Below the pieces are notes generated by a model. It was not told the origin of the DNA. It saw nothing but the letters and a program-made list of their open reading frames with translations, and searched no databases. Positions 18,258-27,677 of a stretch of DNA of 64,000 nucleotides are shown here, piece by piece. Source of the stretch: Nitrospirota bacterium (GTDB lineage: Bacteria; Nitrospirota; UBA9217); assembly GCA_963818475.1 (NCBI GenBank), contig CAWFSF010000006.1, positions 544,001 to 608,000 of the forward strand, in the 5' to 3' direction. The translations under genes and the position numbers were made by a program. The stretch's first letter is position 1. Every line of letters begins with the position of its first letter.

Positions 18258-19055
18258 TCAGGCAGTCGTGGCCTTGCCCTCGAAGCTGGCAATCTCAAGA
18301 ACTGTGTACCGAGTGACGAACTCTTTACGCAGCTGGTCTCTATCTTGTCCATAAAGCTCCCTGATCCGGTCTGAACCACCCAGGTCAAAGAATATCTTTT
18401 GAGACAGAGCGTCTCTGACAATTAACTTCTGACCAGGCGGCACATTCAAATCCTCCTCGAATTGCTTCCATGCATTATCAGCTTTTTCGTAGGAAATAAG
18501 CTTCCGTGGCGAATGATTCACCTCCCTCCCTTTAGAAGGTAAAGGCTGGGGTAAAGGCTGGGGCAAAGGCTGGGGCAAAGGCTGGGGAGTATTAGAATTA
18601 GTATTATGATCGGATACAGGTGGTATACTACCTGTATCCTTATTATCTGGTTGTTCTTTTGGGGTTTTCTTGCGTTTCTCGGTTTTCCAACGTTTTGCGA
18701 TGTTCTCCCGCGCCACCTTAGACCGCACGTCAGAATAGAAAACCCATCCCTGGTGTTTGCTCCAATTGTGAATCAAAGTTCGCCCTTTTTTGTCCTTATT
18801 GAGGAAGTTCATACCAGGTGTATACAGGTCGTTTACAAAGGCCATACAATCTGAATCACGGCCTGTGGCAATTTTCCATTCAGTCTCATCGAAGTCGGTC
18901 AGGTTTCCTTTCCGTGCATGCTCTGCCGCATACGCCCAGAGACGGAGAATGGAAAAGGCGCCATCGGTCCCGTACTTTGCAATGATCCTTCTCGTTTTAA
19001 TGTGGTCGAAAAACGACAACTTCACGCGGATATCATCTGGCATAGAGAAAACCAC
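18258..19055 (-). CDS. Phage replication initiator / replisome-organizer-like protein
   Basis: N-terminal F.DH.KT..I...G....LRLW.YA...I HNW..HQ; low-complexity linker with (PQPL)4. Confidence 0.6.
   Translation of the reverse strand: MVFSMPDDIRVKLSFFDHIKTRRIIAKYGTDGAFSILRLWAYAAEHARKGNLTDFDETEWKIATGRDSDCMAFVNDLYTPGMNFLNKDKKGRTLIHNWSKHQGWVFYSDVRSKVARENIAKRWKTEKRKKTPKEQPDNKDTGSIPPVSDHNTNSNTPQPLPQPLPQPLPQPLPSKGREVNHSPRKLISYEKADNAWKQFEEDLNVPPGQKLIVRDALSQKIFFDLGGSDRIRELYGQDRDQLRKEFVTRYTVLEIASFEGKATTA
18538..18587. repeat. 12-bp tandem repeat x4 (GGYAAAGGCTGG) encoding PQPL
   Basis: Directly visible in the sequence. Confidence 0.9.
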
Positions 19056-19124
19056 TCCTTAAAGAGTACTGCTCCAGGTGGTTGCCCTTCGTGGCATGGT
19101 CACCACCTGGAGCAGTCAAATTAC

Positions 19125-19751
19125 TCATAGGGCTTTCAACAACCCCTCGGCTCGAGCCGCTCCGATCGTGAGCACATGTACTGCTTGCTCCATCTCCTGG
19201 TCCGTGGCCTCCGTATAGATCCCCGTTGAGGCCAGTGAGGAGTGACCGAGAAGCTTCTGGATCGTGGTGATAGGTACGCCCCGCTCCTGCATCCTTTTGG
19301 CGAAGGTGTGCCGTAGTGAGTGCGTTGATTTATTCGCGACAATCTTTCCCTTACGCGTGGTTGTGATGCCGGCCTTGATCATCCATTTCTCGACCAGGTG
19401 CTGGAGCGATCGTTTCTCTATCCGCCCACCCAGGCGAGAAACGAACAGCGGGGCCAAATCCTCGATGCTCTCTTGCAGAGTATTCATCTTGTATGCAATC
19501 CACTTATGCAAGATGTCCTGGATCCGGATGTTTAGATTGATGTCCCTTCCTCGGCCGTTCTTCATGTCTTCCTGTCGCACATGGAGCTGTTTCTTATTAC
19601 GAACATCGGACACAAGGACGGCAACCAGCTCGCTGGCCCGCAGCCCCGTATTCAGGAGCAGCTCGATAATCACATGGTCACGTTCGGCACCCTTTGTTTC
19701 CCGGACTGTTTTTAGGAGCTGCTTTTCCTCAGATGGAGTAAGATATTTCAT
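19125..19751 (-). CDS. Small catalytic-domain-only tyrosine recombinase (208 aa)
   Basis: KYLT..E, TGLRASEL, K, HSLRHTFA, LGH....T.IY all intact; no N-terminal binding domain. Confidence 0.9.
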   Translation of the reverse strand: MKYLTPSEEKQLLKTVRETKGAERDHVIIELLLNTGLRASELVAVLVSDVRNKKQLHVRQEDMKNGRGRDINLNIRIQDILHKWIAYKMNTLQESIEDLAPLFVSRLGGRIEKRSLQHLVEKWMIKAGITTTRKGKIVANKSTHSLRHTFAKRMQERGVPITTIQKLLGHSSLASTGIYTEATDQEMEQAVHVLTIGAARAEGLLKAL

Positions 19752-19839
19752 GACTATTTCTCCTTACGCGGAGGGCCATACACTTTGCCCTCGATGTCGA
19801 TCCGGATACTGACCAAGAAATCCTGTTTGGCCTGCTGCT

Positions 19840-20166
19840 CTATGCGCCAGTTCTTAGCTTTTGATTATGCTTCCACTTTTCATCGATGATTGTTTTGACC
19901 ATCTTCTGGAGATCATCGAATCTTTCTTCAAAAAGATACATCGTTGATCCGACGTGTTCTCTATAGAACGATTCATCGTACAGGTCCGCCTCGAGGGCCG
20001 CATGAACAACGCGGATGAGCGAACGAATTTCAGTTAACCGAAGCGGAATTTCGTTCAGCAAGTCAGGGTCTGTGTGGTCTTTTCTTACCCCGCGGAGCAG
20101 CACCTCAACTGCATTTTCATTCTTCTTCTGATTTCCAACCCGTTTTACCATCTGACGTGCATTCAT
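19840..20166 (-). CDS. Hypothetical protein
   Basis: SD GAGGAG, 108 aa, same strand as the rest of the element. Confidence 0.55.
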   Translation of the reverse strand: MNARQMVKRVGNQKKNENAVEVLLRGVRKDHTDPDLLNEIPLRLTEIRSLIRVVHAALEADLYDESFYREHVGSTMYLFEERFDDLQKMVKTIIDEKWKHNQKLRTGA

Positions 20167-20240
20167 GTGTGTTCTCCTCTCTCTCTGGCCGTTCCGGCCA
20201 TCTCCTTAAGGTTGGCCCCCGGTCTCCCGGGGGCCCGGTA

Positions 20241-20459
20241 TCATGCAGCCTGTTCCTTACTTTGTCGCCAAATCAAATGGCCCGCGTCGACGCCGGCGAA
20301 GAAAGCGTCCGCTGCAGCGGTCCCGACGCGGTATGGTAGAACAATCTTCTTGCTCTCCAGCCGAAATGCGAGCGCCGCGCGTACCCCGCCCCAATACTCG
20401 GCGCTTCTCGGTGTTCGTGGAACGTTGAAATTTTTATTGAACAGCTCTTCGACGGTCAT
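20241..20459 (-). CDS. Small hypothetical phage protein
   Basis: SD GGAGGG before MTVEELF...; LPYRVGTAAADAFFAGVDAG; followed by a GGCCCCCGG/CCGGGGGCC hairpin near 20214-20235. Confidence 0.55.
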   Translation of the reverse strand: MTVEELFNKNFNVPRTPRSAEYWGGVRAALAFRLESKKIVLPYRVGTAAADAFFAGVDAGHLIWRQSKEQAA

Positions 20460-20630
20460 GGCAAATCCCTCCATTCTTACCTGTACCCTTAACTGTGCCT
20501 GCGAGGCTTAATCTCTGTCTGATTCGTGCTGACTCCATCTGACATAGAGAATACCAATACCCTTTAGAAAACAGCTTTTACCGCGTAATATCAGCGGCTT
20601 TGAATATGTGTAAAAAGTACCTTTAAAGTA

Positions 20631-20675
20631 TTCCTAAACCGTGTGCCGGAAGTTCGAATCTTCCCAGGGGCACCA
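20631..20675 (+). repeat. attR core (3' half of tRNA-Arg)
   Basis: Identical to 6808-6852; followed by the displaced tRNA terminator GGCCGGTC-gtttt-GACCGGTC-T-run near 20691-20718. Confidence 0.95.
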
Positions 20676-20826
20676 TAAATCAAGTATTTAGGCCGGTCGT
20701 TTTGACCGGTCTTTTTTATTGCCCAGGGTTCGTATCCTATTGACAACTTTAGTGAGAATTACAAAAATTTCGTTGTTTTCAGCTATAATCATGTTATAAT
20801 ATATATACAACTAAAGGAGGACAGTT

Positions 20827-23622
20827 ATGGTGTGCTCCAAGCGTATTGGTTTTTGTGTTGCTCATAAAAGTTCTTTTCCCCTCCTGGTTGTTTTCATAGC
20901 CACTATTGTTCTCCTCATCTCTTCCCTGTCGTACGGCATGGCTCTTTCCTTTGGCGGAGGGACTACTGCTGCCACGACGCTAGCTGCCGCAACTTACCTC
21001 ACATCATTACCAACAAACATCGGTGAGCCCGCACGAATCGCAATTGACAGCATGGGTTTTCTTTATGTATCGGTCCCTGAGGGTGGAAAAATCCTCAAAT
21101 TCTCACCTGATGGAAGTCAGATCGATAGCATCGGGGGATTTCAGGAGCCGTTTTCTCTTGCCGTCGACAGTACCCTGAACAGGGTATACGTTGGAGATGC
21201 CAAGGATGGCCGCGTCGGGGTCGTCAACGCTGAAGGAGCGCTCCTGTTCAATCTGGGCAAGGGCAGGGGGGAGTTCGGCATACCCGGGGATATAGCGGTT
21301 GCGTCTGACGGCTCCGTGTATGTGACCGACAGCCCCAACGACGTGGTCAAAGTATATAATCCAGACGGGAGTTTCAGGATTTCTTTCGGCGGCACCGGTA
21401 TCTATGCCGGCCAGATGGTCTTCCCGACAGGCATTGCAGTTGACGATTCCAATCAGGAAATCTATGTTGTTGATCATTCCAATGCTCGCGTAGAAGTTTT
21501 CGATTTTTCAGGAAGTTTTAAAAGGAGCTTTTCTCGTTTCGGCGGCGGCTCAGGGAATCTGACGCGGCCACAAGGCATTTGGGTCTCGAAAGGACGTGTA
21601 TACGTTGCCGATTCCTTTCAGGGCAGCGTGGCGGTTTTTAACGCGAACGGGACCTTTATTGCGAATATCGGGCAGTTCGGAAGCGATGACGGAAAACTTC
21701 GGATTCCCAAGGATGTGGCCATATGCGGCACGAAGCTCTTTGTTACCAATGCCGGGAACCGGCGCATCGAGGTCTTCACTATTTCTGATACGCTGGGATT
21801 GAATGCTGAACCATCAGGCATCGCATTCACCCAGGGGGCCATCGTAGCACCTGCTTCTCAGGTCATCCAATTGACGCCGCAGGTCTCCGGCGCAATTGTC
21901 CCCTGGACAGCGACCGTATCAGCGCCCTTTACGCTTCTGCTCAGCCAGACCGCAGGAACCACCCCTTCATCGATAACGGTGACGGCAACCGCGGGCAATC
22001 TTGCCCCTGGAACCTATTTTGGAGGCATCATTGTTCGTGCCAATGACACTGATTATCCGGTCAGCGTGAGCATGACCGTTGTACCGCAGCTTTCTGTTTT
22101 TCCGGCCAGTTTGTCCATGCTCTATCAGGTTGGCGGCGACCTCACCGCAAAATCGCTGGCTGTTTCCAGCTCCGGCACACTGTCATGGACAGCGGCGACG
22201 AATGTTCCCTGGCTTGCTCTGTCTCCGGCGTCAGGCTCTACACCGGGCAGCATTGCGGTTGCCGTGAACCAGAGTGTTAAAAACCTTTCGGAAGGATTAT
22301 TTCCCGCTGCTGTCACCGTAAGCTCCTCCGGCGGCGTGGGAAGCACTTCGGTCATTCCCGTAACGCTGAAGGTGGCGAGGGCGGGAACCATCATGGTGAA
22401 TACGAACCTCGACTCGGCGTCCGTAACCATCACCGGTCCGGAAACATATACTGGCTCGGGAAAGATGTGGCGGACCGATGAGGCCAGGCCCGGGACCTAT
22501 TCCATTCAGTATGGTCAGGTGAAGGGCTTCAGAAAGCCTCCGTCAGGCACTTTCGTGATAAAGACGGGCCAGACGGTGGTTCTCGACGGCCGGTATCGGC
22601 CTCTCGTGGCGGCGAACGTCATTGTTGCTGCAAAAGGACCTGATCCAGGGAACGACGCGCTGGTACAATTGCTTGATCTCACAGGCATTCCCATCGCTCA
22701 GTTCAGGGCTTTTGATGCCACCCATGGGGCGCAGGTGGCAATGGGAGATATTGATGGTGACGGTTCCGGCGAGATCGTTGCTGCTCCGGGCCCCGGTCCG
22801 AAAAATGAGGCCCGCATCAGTGTCTTTCGTCCCGACGGAACCTCCCTTGCTTCGACGGCACCCATGGCGGGCACGAAATACGGCGCGCATGTGGCGGTGG
22901 GCGACATTGACGGCCGTGGCAAAAGCGCGATAGCCATGAGCATGATCGATAAACACAGCGGCATCGATACGATCGTACTCTACTTGCTGGACGATGACCG
23001 GACATTAGTTGAGAAATCACGAATAGTCGTCGGTACTGATCCCCAAAGCGATCGCGGCAATGCCGGCAAAAGAATCATTGGCAACGACAATCCGCAGGCA
23101 GAACACTATCCCGCATCAATTGCTTTTGGAGACGTTAATCGCGACGGCAGTCTCGAGCTTATTGTGGTGACATCCGGGAGGATCGAGGTCTATGGCTTTG
23201 ACAATGCACTTGCCGCCTCGCTGCTCGCCGCGGGAACGCTCCCGTTCGAGGTCGCGAAATCTGCTTACAAAACCCAGTTGACCGTCACGTCGGGCGATCT
23301 TGACGGGGACGATACCGATGAAATAATCGTCGGTTATGAAATGGGCCAGGATTCGTTCATCCGGGCTTTCAAGGGCGACCTCACGGCTTCAGGGTTCCTG
23401 CTCAAGGCATTTGAAAAAGGGAAGTCAACGCCAACCCTGTCCGCCCAGGACTGGGACGGCGATGGCCTCGCCGAGATACTTGCGGGACAGGGGGCCAATC
23501 CCGACAATGATGGTGTATTGCGGATCTATGTGCCCCACCAAGGCGACCTCCTCCGAGAGGTCACGGCTTTTGGCGGTTCTCGATACGGTGTGGTTGCATC
23601 CTTCGGCACCGTCAAAAAATAA
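20827..23622 (+). CDS. Secreted NHL beta-propeller protein with BACON-like and FG-GAP/VCBS repeats
   Basis: Signal peptide; six P.GIAVD..G.VYV.D repeats; W....PWL..SP.SG.TP repeats; GDIDGDG motifs. Confidence 0.85.
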   Translation: MVCSKRIGFCVAHKSSFPLLVVFIATIVLLISSLSYGMALSFGGGTTAATTLAAATYLTSLPTNIGEPARIAIDSMGFLYVSVPEGGKILKFSPDGSQIDSIGGFQEPFSLAVDSTLNRVYVGDAKDGRVGVVNAEGALLFNLGKGRGEFGIPGDIAVASDGSVYVTDSPNDVVKVYNPDGSFRISFGGTGIYAGQMVFPTGIAVDDSNQEIYVVDHSNARVEVFDFSGSFKRSFSRFGGGSGNLTRPQGIWVSKGRVYVADSFQGSVAVFNANGTFIANIGQFGSDDGKLRIPKDVAICGTKLFVTNAGNRRIEVFTISDTLGLNAEPSGIAFTQGAIVAPASQVIQLTPQVSGAIVPWTATVSAPFTLLLSQTAGTTPSSITVTATAGNLAPGTYFGGIIVRANDTDYPVSVSMTVVPQLSVFPASLSMLYQVGGDLTAKSLAVSSSGTLSWTAATNVPWLALSPASGSTPGSIAVAVNQSVKNLSEGLFPAAVTVSSSGGVGSTSVIPVTLKVARAGTIMVNTNLDSASVTITGPETYTGSGKMWRTDEARPGTYSIQYGQVKGFRKPPSGTFVIKTGQTVVLDGRYRPLVAANVIVAAKGPDPGNDALVQLLDLTGIPIAQFRAFDATHGAQVAMGDIDGDGSGEIVAAPGPGPKNEARISVFRPDGTSLASTAPMAGTKYGAHVAVGDIDGRGKSAIAMSMIDKHSGIDTIVLYLLDDDRTLVEKSRIVVGTDPQSDRGNAGKRIIGNDNPQAEHYPASIAFGDVNRDGSLELIVVTSGRIEVYGFDNALAASLLAAGTLPFEVAKSAYKTQLTVTSGDLDGDDTDEIIVGYEMGQDSFIRAFKGDLTASGFLLKAFEKGKSTPTLSAQDWDGDGLAEILAGQGANPDNDGVLRIYVPHQGDLLREVTAFGGSRYGVVASFGTVKK

Positions 23623-23636
23623 GAGGGGAACGTATC

Positions 23637-24718
23637 ATGATTGCCAAGCGGATAGTAAGCGGAATGGTCGGACTCGGCTTCCTTCTCATCGGGGGGACGG
23701 CATGGGCTATTGACCCGCCGCACAGCGGTCCGAAAAATCCTCAGACCTGCATGGCCTGCCATGTGGCCCACTCTGCGGCAGGGGTATCACTCACTACGGT
23801 AAATGGAAACGCAAACCTCTGCATCAGCTGCCATACCAGCGGCGGCACTGCATCCAACAAGCCCTTTTCAAGCACGATGCAGGCAGTACCGGGAGTGTCC
23901 GGCAGTTCGCACCGATGGGACGGCGCCATGCCTGCTGTATCAAGCCCAAGCAACACCTACGGACTGCGGCCTGCATCAAGCGTTACGACCACGGTCATTC
24001 GAAATAAGCTCACGAATAAGTTCAGCGGGGTAGCTGTATGCTCCGTGTGCCATAACCCCCATAGCTCGGCAAGTGCCGCGTGGGACGTCTTCTCGGGCTC
24101 CTTATACCGGCCTCAAGGGCGGAGATTCAGGTGCGGCAAGCGCTTCCGGCACCACCGACGACGATCATCGACTCCACCAAATCGACCTTCTGGACCGTGA
24201 ACGCGTGGCAAAATTATTTCGTGAGGATCGTTTCATCGGGAGCGGCGAACAATATTGGACAGGTAAGGATCATTTCCAGCAATACAACCACACGGCTCAC
24301 CGTTGCTTCAGCCTATCCCGCGGCTGTCCAGTCGGGCGACAAATATGAGATCGTCGGCAGACATTTTCAGATCACGGCCGATGACGTCAACCAGATGTGC
24401 GAAGACTGCCACTACTACCGGGTCCAGAACCACTCGCGCGTCGAGGGTGGGGATGCGGCCTATCCTGCCGATGGGATCAACGTCTTCAGCCATCCCGTGG
24501 GACAGGCGCTGAACGGCAACGGAAAGAGCTATGACCGGTCGGCGCCCCTTGACGTGAACGGCGTTGCCCAGAGCGGCGCCCGGTTTGCCTCCGGAGGGGA
24601 ATCACCCGACAACGTTGCAAATAATCTCGTTTTGGACAGCGGTAATGCAGTACGCTGCCTCACCTGTCATAGAGTACACTACACTGACTCAAATGGTCTG
24701 TCGAACGGGTTGCCGTGA
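23637..24718 (+). CDS. Secreted pentaheme cytochrome c (paired CxxCHxxH type), two +1 frameshifts near 24100 and 24156
   Basis: Signal peptide; CMACHVAH, LCISCH, CSVCHNPH, MCEDCH, CLTCHRVH; a continuous protein reads across three successive frames. Confidence 0.8.
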
Positions 24719-24731
24719 TGAGGAGAAGAGC

Positions 24732-27028
24732 ATGAATCGGCGGAATACTTATTTGAAGAAGTGCGCGTTCGCTATGATCCTTCAATTGGCGGTTTTTGCG
24801 CTTGCTGCGCAAGTCCTTGCCGCTGATGGAAAACCTCCGACCGTAAGCATCCTGAACCCGAAACCCGGTACGGCCTTGGCGCCGACAATCGTCAGCCTTC
24901 GTCCCTCGTCCAACGATTTCAAGGTCCAGATCCAGGTGTGGGACGACGTTGCCATCACCGCCAACACCATCCAGGCAGGATACTATACGGGCGCAACGCC
25001 CGACTCCGGGACGTTTACGTTTGTGACCGCAACGCTCAATACGAATTACAACTGCGGCGCTAACTGCGTCGTGTACGAGGCGATCCTGAGCGGCCTTACG
25101 CCGGGCGTTGATTACTTCCTCTATGCGCGGGCGTCATCAACGGACGGGACTGGTGAGTCACGCCAGAACCGTACGGGAAACGATGCGCGGTATACCGCTA
25201 TACGGGTCGTTGCCGCGAAAGCGGGAACCGGAATGCTTCTGGCACGGGATTCATCGAGCCAGCTCTGTCTCGATTGTCATAACCTCCCATCCCATTCCAG
25301 CCAGGCGCTGGGAGTGAAGTATCAGAATTGGCAGACGGTCTGTCTCGATTGCCACACGCCGCACAGCACGAGAAATCTCTATCTCGTGAAAGAATCCGTC
25401 ATAACGCCCAATAGCGGGGCTAAAAACGTCACGCTCTACAAGACCACAGGCGACGCCGTGAACAGTTATGTCACCTCAACGGCAAGCGCCTCCACGAAAG
25501 GCATTTGCCAGGTCTGTCACACACAGACTAAAAACCAGTCCACGCTGGCCACACGATGGACCAACACCGGCAACGCCGACGCGACCCACTACCAGACAAC
25601 GAGCACCAAGCGATGCACGGAATGCCACAGCCACACCAGCGGGTTTCGCGCCTTCAGGCGCATGTAAAAGCTGCCACAATGTTGCGCGGGGAAGCAGGAG
25701 GCAGATCGTAGAGTTAACGTCCGGGCGATGGGACAGGAGATTTTGTGAAATCATCGAGGCACGTCAGCAACGGAACAACAAACGAGATCGTGACGGATTT
25801 CGACTGCATCGTCTGTCACGCCGAGGGCGACACGGGTTCGAGCGGCACGAACATCAAGGCCATTGGAAGTCTGCATCCATCATCCAGTTCACCGGTCAAA
25901 CTGAGGAACGTGGACAATGTGGCGGCTCCCGGCTCGGCCGGGACTCTTGGCAGTAACTACTGGGCCTGGCCGGGGACCTCCTCCGCAACGGACACGGACC
26001 GGAGCAATATGGACAGGTTCTGCCTGAACTGCCATGATTACGATGGTGCCAGCGGAATCAATGTTAAGTCCTCTGATGACGGTCTGAACCTCGACGCAAC
26101 GCGGAAGACCACTCCGTTCAACAGTAAGGACACCTTGACGAACAACAGAGATAAACTTACGAGGACCAGGATCACGGACGTTAAAAGCCAGTTTTATGCC
26201 GGCACCGGCGGATCGGGCACGGGGTACAACGGAAATCCTTCTCAGCATGGCCTTGTCGCTCTGGGCACGGGCTACGATACCGGGCCGAGATATTCAACTC
26301 AGAATTCGACCTGGGCCACCGCATGGAACGGGACCCATACGCTCAGATCAGGAACGGCGATCAACAATGCGACGAACGGCAGAGAAAAAGCCACGCTTCA
26401 CTGCTCAGATTGTCACCTTATTGAGACAAATGCACACGGTGCAACCAATGCGTGGCATCTGCTTTTGTCGGGAACTGCGAGCAACTGGACCAGTGACAGC
26501 GTCATGGGCGGTCAGGCGAGCAGCGTTACGGCCGCGGTCGTATGCTACAAGTGCCATCTCCAGACAGTTTACGACACGAATGGAGCAAAAAGCGGAGCCA
26601 AACAGGCTGTAGGATCCAGAATCAATCACCTCGATATCGATTCGAACGTGCATGTTACGTATGGAAGCGCCGCGACCAATCCCGCAGGCGCAGGCGCTCA
26701 ACTTGGACCCTTCTGCCTCTTGTGCCATGCAGGCGACGGTTTCGGACGCATCCACGGCAGGGGGTCGGCGACAGACGGCGACAATACGCAATATAACCCC
26801 GCTGGAGATTCAGCAAACGGCACGTACACAAAGTATCGTTTCCTGCCCGGCGCGTGGATGACGTGGAAGCCAGGAACAGTCGGTGATAATACTGATTTTA
26901 CAGCAGTCAGATCGGGGACCTGTTACTTCCAGGCTGCGGGCCAGACGATGTCGAGTTGCAGTCATCATGCTGCGGGCGATAATGCGGCCGGACAGACCAC
27001 GAATTACGGACGCAACGTTACTTACTGA
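24732..27028 (+). CDS. Secreted multiheme cytochrome c (10 CxxCH plus one atypical motif), two +1 frameshifts near 25645 and 25735
   Basis: SD GAGGAG, ATG 24732, signal peptide, Ig/FnIII-like N-domain; CLDCH x2, CQVCH, CTECH, CKSCH, CIVCH, CLNCH, CSDCH, CYKCH, CLLCH, C-X11-CSH. Confidence 0.8.
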
Positions 27029-27119
27029 TGACAGCGTTGCTGCAGTTCTGAAAAGGGAAGGGGCGTACAAACTCCTTCCCTTCTTTGTTACTCATCAAGA
27101 TGCTTTCAACAAACTTCCC

Positions 27120-27677
27120 ATGAAAAAAAACGATATAGTATTGATCTTCTTCCTGAGTATGATTGCTGCTGTTGCGCTATCGACAGGGCAAAATCGGCAA
27201 ACTGGACTTGATGGACATTTGTTCTGGATGCTCCGGAACATGGAAAAACGTGATATCGAATCGATCAAGACCGCCGTCCATTATTATAACCAATACAGCT
27301 CGATGTTTTACAATACAGGCGGTGAGGTCATGGGACTGAACGAGATTCCGGCCGCGCCTCTGCTTAAACGGAGGTTGTTCAAGGATATCAGCATGCTGAA
27401 ACGCGACGGCCTGATCATGGTGTTCGACAGGGATGCGGAAGAGATAGTGAAAGTATATTTTCCATTACGGGGAGACGCTGTTGCCGAGACAAAGGAAACC
27501 TGGTTTATCACGCTGCAGGAATATGGGACCAGAAAGCCTGTGTATTCAATCAAGGCAGTGCCCTTGAAGGTCCGGTATCATCTGAAGAAGGAACCGCGAG
27601 GCTGGATCGTATACGAGACTGATGTCTATCCCGGATTAGAGGACATTCCTGTCCTGAATAGGCGGCAGGCCTTATGA
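27120..27677 (+). CDS. Hypothetical membrane-anchored protein
   Basis: MKKNDIVLIFFLSMIAAVAL N-terminal TM; overlaps the next gene. Confidence 0.65.
   Translation: MKKNDIVLIFFLSMIAAVALSTGQNRQTGLDGHLFWMLRNMEKRDIESIKTAVHYYNQYSSMFYNTGGEVMGLNEIPAAPLLKRRLFKDISMLKRDGLIMVFDRDAEEIVKVYFPLRGDAVAETKETWFITLQEYGTRKPVYSIKAVPLKVRYHLKKEPRGWIVYETDVYPGLEDIPVLNRRQAL

Larger units (their letters stand above)
6808..20675 (-). mobile_element. 13.8-kb integrated element (phage-satellite-like) in tRNA-Arg(CCT)
   Basis: Exact 45-bp direct repeat at 6808-6852 and 20631-20675; integrase next to the left att; all credible genes on the minus strand. Confidence 0.92.

Noticed and set aside
20631-20675. Second tRNA-Arg gene
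   Set aside because: Only the 3' 45 nt are present; this is attR
6808-20675. Complete inducible prophage or ICE
   Set aside because: Too small, and no head, packaging, lysis, relaxase or type IV secretion genes are recognisable
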